Positions 42,738 to 45,449 of a stretch of 45,449 nt of DNA are shown here, piece by piece. The position numbers and the translations under genes were made by a program. The stretch is from the IMG/VR virus record IMGVR_UViG_3300010047_000002, positions 1 to 45,449 of that record; one strand, given 5' to 3'. Source of the DNA: a virus. Its lineage: Duplodnaviria; Caudoviricetes. The notes under the pieces are model-generated. The model was not told the DNA's origin and ran no database searches. It saw only the letters and a program-made list of their open reading frames with translations. How positions within the stretch are numbered: the first letter of the stretch is position 1; each line of letters begins with the position of its first letter.

Positions 42738-45449
42738 CTATCTCTTGCCCGTTTGCGTTGAGGTGACATGCACGCCTTCAGCGCGGCGCCAGACCGCGCC
42801 CGCCGTGATTGACTGGCGAATGCGAAGGAACCTGCCGTCGATGCGGTGCGGGCAGTAGCCTGCCCGGTTTATTGCCTTTGCATTGCTGAATACAACGCCC
42901 TCGCCCGGCAGCGCCTTGCGCCGGCCAATCGCGGTCGAGAGCGCCGTGGGATCGTTGTATTCGCCCATCGGCCACACCTCGGTGATCAGGCCTCGGCTTC
43001 CCGGCTGCGGTTCAAACTCTTTGGTGTCCATCGTCGCGGCACGCGCGCTGCCAGTGAATAGCTGCATCAGGTGACTGCGGTTGAAAGCGCCGAGACGGAT
43101 GCGCCGGTCATCGAATGCCGCGCTATCGATATCGTTGGGGCTAATCGAACCGTCGAGATTATTGGCAGGGAAAAGTAGGTTGAAATTATCAACGGTGACG
43201 GGCTCGGCCGGCGTGTCGAACAAAAACTCAAGGTCGATCACGTCATGCGTCCAGCGCCCGTCGAGCAGGGAGAAAATCAGGAGATCAGTCGGGAGCTGCG
43301 CGGAACCAGAGGGCCAGGCCCAGACGATAATCTTTTTCTGATAGTCCGCGCCAACACACACTTTATGGCGCCAGGCATAATTCAGGTTGCTGGTAAAATA
43401 TTGGTCCACCTTACCGTAGCCGATGGGTGTGGATTGCTGCCCATCAAATGCGTAGAAACCGTCATCCGCCGCGTAAAATATAATGCGGCCGAATGCCATC
43501 GCCGCGTTGCGGGCAATACAGCCCCTGGCCTTTTCAACATAATCTTGGCCAAAATCCCAGACCACGGGACTGCCCACGTAAATGGCGCGCCGCACGCCGC
43601 GCTCCTGGAATATCGCGGCGTAGTCGAGACCGATCAGCGTCATGATCTCGCCGCGCTCCTGGTCGAGCTGCTGGCTGCCGGCTTGTGTCACCGTGCTCGG
43701 TGCCCAGTCCAAGCAATTGTTAAAGGCGCTCCAATAGACCGTGTACGCCTTGCCCATCCAGAGGAAGTCACCGACGCGGGCAACGCTCGTTGCGTTATTC
43801 GGCGGGCCGCCGGCCATGTTGGCGAAGTCAACGCTCGTGCCCATCACGTAATGCTGCGGCGCCGAGCTTGCCGTCACGGCGGCGACATTGTCGCCGAATT
43901 GCGCGAACTGCCAGGTATCGGATGAGCCGACGGTATAGCCACCGGCCTTGGAGATGTCAGCCGCCAGCCGGCTCTGCAGCGTATAGAGGCGATGCGCATC
44001 GCCGTAGAAGACGTGTGGCGCTGTGCTGCTGTCGTAGAACGTGTCGGCGCCCTGCACAATATTCTCGGCACCCCCGCCATAGGTGTAGGCCACGATGGGC
44101 GGCGTGAATGTAGCTGCATCCGCTCCAAAGGCGCTCGCCGGCAGTGAGGCCGAGAAGCCTGCATAATACGCAGCGCTCGGCGGCGTGAACGATGCGCCAC
44201 CATAGGCCGCTGTTGGTGGCGTGAACATTGCCGTCTGATTAAAGCCGGTCGTCGGCGGCGTGAACGGAACGCCCGTCACGGGATAACGTGCAACGCCAAC
44301 GCTCATCCTAAATTCATCGATCCAGCCATTCCAAGTCTGCGTTGTGATCTCGCCCATTGAGCCAATGCGGAATTGGTTAGCGCTGTCATTAATGACGGCA
44401 GTAACCGGGAGCGTGCCGCCGGCCTCAAGCACGCCGTCGATAAACATATAGATCGACGCCAAGCCCGAGGTGCCAGCGTTCTCCGATGATTTCACAAGCG
44501 CAAAGTGATGCCAGCCTGGGTTATCGACGTTACTGAGGATCGTAAAGACGCCGTTAATGAAGAGAACGCTGCTGGTGTTGTAGCCAATGACGGCGGTCAA
44601 TGTGCCGGCGCTCTCCCGGCGGACATAGACGCTCGTATTGGCCACCGCGCCGATGCTATTGGTTTGACCAAAGAGACCGAGCTGTGAGCCTAGCCCCGTG
44701 TTGAGCTTAAAGAAGCATTCAAAGGTCCAGTCATCATCGCCTAGCGTAAAATCGGCGTGGTCTCCCGTTTGAATCCAATCGCCGCTGCCATCCAACAACA
44801 GACTAGCGGTGCCATACTTGAAGTCTGCCGTATCCAATTGGGCATTGCCGGCGACGGTCCAATTGCGCGGACTGCCGCCATAGTTGACATCATTCATGTT
44901 GGCGCTGACCCCCGCATCAGGGCCATTAAAGTTCATCAGGATTTTGGTGAAGACATCGTTGTCTGCCGTCGGCGTCGGGACCCAGCGCGCAACGCCTACC
45001 GACATCCTGAATTCATCAAGCCAACCGGTCCACGGATTGCCGGTGACCTCGCCGCCGGCACCAATGCCGAGATTGTTGGCGCTGTTGTTAACGCTGATAG
45101 TGGCGGTGTGTTTGAATTGACCTTGCAGCCGACCGTCAATGTAGAGGCGCATTGTGTCGCCATTGACGCGCGTCCCAACGCAATGGTGCCAACCGGTGTT
45201 GAGCACATCGGTGTATTCCGTATCGCCGGTACAAGCAAAGACGGTGGTCGCATTGCAAAGGCTGAACTGGATACAGTTGCTTGTCAGCCGCTGAAATAGG
45301 AACGCGCGCGTCGCAACGGTAAACGCGTTATCGTTCTGACCGGCGATGCGTTGGAACGTGCCGCCGGCCGCGTTGCACTTGAACCAAAAATCTATCGTCA
45401 GATCGCTGGTGCCGAGCGTAAAGTCGGTGGTGTCCGGCACCGTCCACCA
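42738..45449 (-). CDS. 3' part of the nozzle/stabilisation protein (LamG repeats 4-5, FTPP tails, nozzle body)
   Basis: C-terminal body has WQFAQFGD, VYWSAFNN, RGCIARNA, DDGFYAFDG and GRFLRIR motifs typical of podovirus gp10/tail-tubular-B-like proteins. It follows the adaptor gene. Confidence 0.85.
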   Translation of the reverse strand, partial: WWTVPDTTDFTLGTSDLTIDFWFKCNAAGGTFQRIAGQNDNAFTVATRAFLFQRLTSNCIQFSLCNATTVFACTGDTEYTDVLNTGWHHCVGTRVNGDTMRLYIDGRLQGQFKHTATISVNNSANNLGIGAGGEVTGNPWTGWLDEFRMSVGVARWVPTPTADNDVFTKILMNFNGPDAGVSANMNDVNYGGSPRNWTVAGNAQLDTADFKYGTASLLLDGSGDWIQTGDHADFTLGDDDWTFECFFKLNTGLGSQLGLFGQTNSIGAVANTSVYVRRESAGTLTAVIGYNTSSVLFINGVFTILSNVDNPGWHHFALVKSSENAGTSGLASIYMFIDGVLEAGGTLPVTAVINDSANQFRIGSMGEITTQTWNGWIDEFRMSVGVARYPVTGVPFTPPTTGFNQTAMFTPPTAAYGGASFTPPSAAYYAGFSASLPASAFGADAATFTPPIVAYTYGGGAENIVQGADTFYDSSTAPHVFYGDAHRLYTLQSRLAADISKAGGYTVGSSDTWQFAQFGDNVAAVTASSAPQHYVMGTSVDFANMAGGPPNNATSVARVGDFLWMGKAYTVYWSAFNNCLDWAPSTVTQAGSQQLDQERGEIMTLIGLDYAAIFQERGVRRAIYVGSPVVWDFGQDYVEKARGCIARNAAMAFGRIIFYAADDGFYAFDGQQSTPIGYGKVDQYFTSNLNYAWRHKVCVGADYQKKIIVWAWPSGSAQLPTDLLIFSLLDGRWTHDVIDLEFLFDTPAEPVTVDNFNLLFPANNLDGSISPNDIDSAAFDDRRIRLGAFNRSHLMQLFTGSARAATMDTKEFEPQPGSRGLITEVWPMGEYNDPTALSTAIGRRKALPGEGVVFSNAKAINRAGYCPHRIDGRFLRIRQSITAGAVWRRAEGVHVTSTQTGKR
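45327..45449. repeat. Terminal direct repeat, copy 2
   Basis: Identical to 1-123. Confidence 0.95.

Overview
This window appears to be a complete, circularly assembled temperate podovirus-type phage genome: bases 1-123 equal 45327-45449, leaving 45,326 unique bp. The host is probably an alphaproteobacterium, because the phage encodes a GcrA-family gene and a Tat-type signal peptide. The minus strand carries terS/terL, a lysis cluster, P22-like portal, scaffold, N4-gp56/DUF4043-type major capsid protein (MCP), adaptor, a ~1,680-aa nozzle protein that crosses the contig junction (split in the ORF track), tail fibres, a GNAT-like protein, ejection proteins, and the cro-gcrA-replication early operon. 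The plus strand carries cI, erf, a YqaJ exonuclease, xis, int, attP, a tRNA-Val(CAC) and a six-gene antisense island inside the lysis region. Most unusual observations: (1) a 79-aa protein fusing a twin-arginine signal to a 22/25-identical copy of the phage's own MCP N-terminus, with heavily diverged synonymous sites, a candidate capsid mimic or decoy; (2) five LamG-like domains apparently nested inside one another within the nozzle protein; (3) an attP whose core is only the tRNA-Val anticodon loop, followed by a complete replacement tRNA-Val with a compensatory A19-U56 elbow pair. All family names come from motif recognition by eye, not from database searches.
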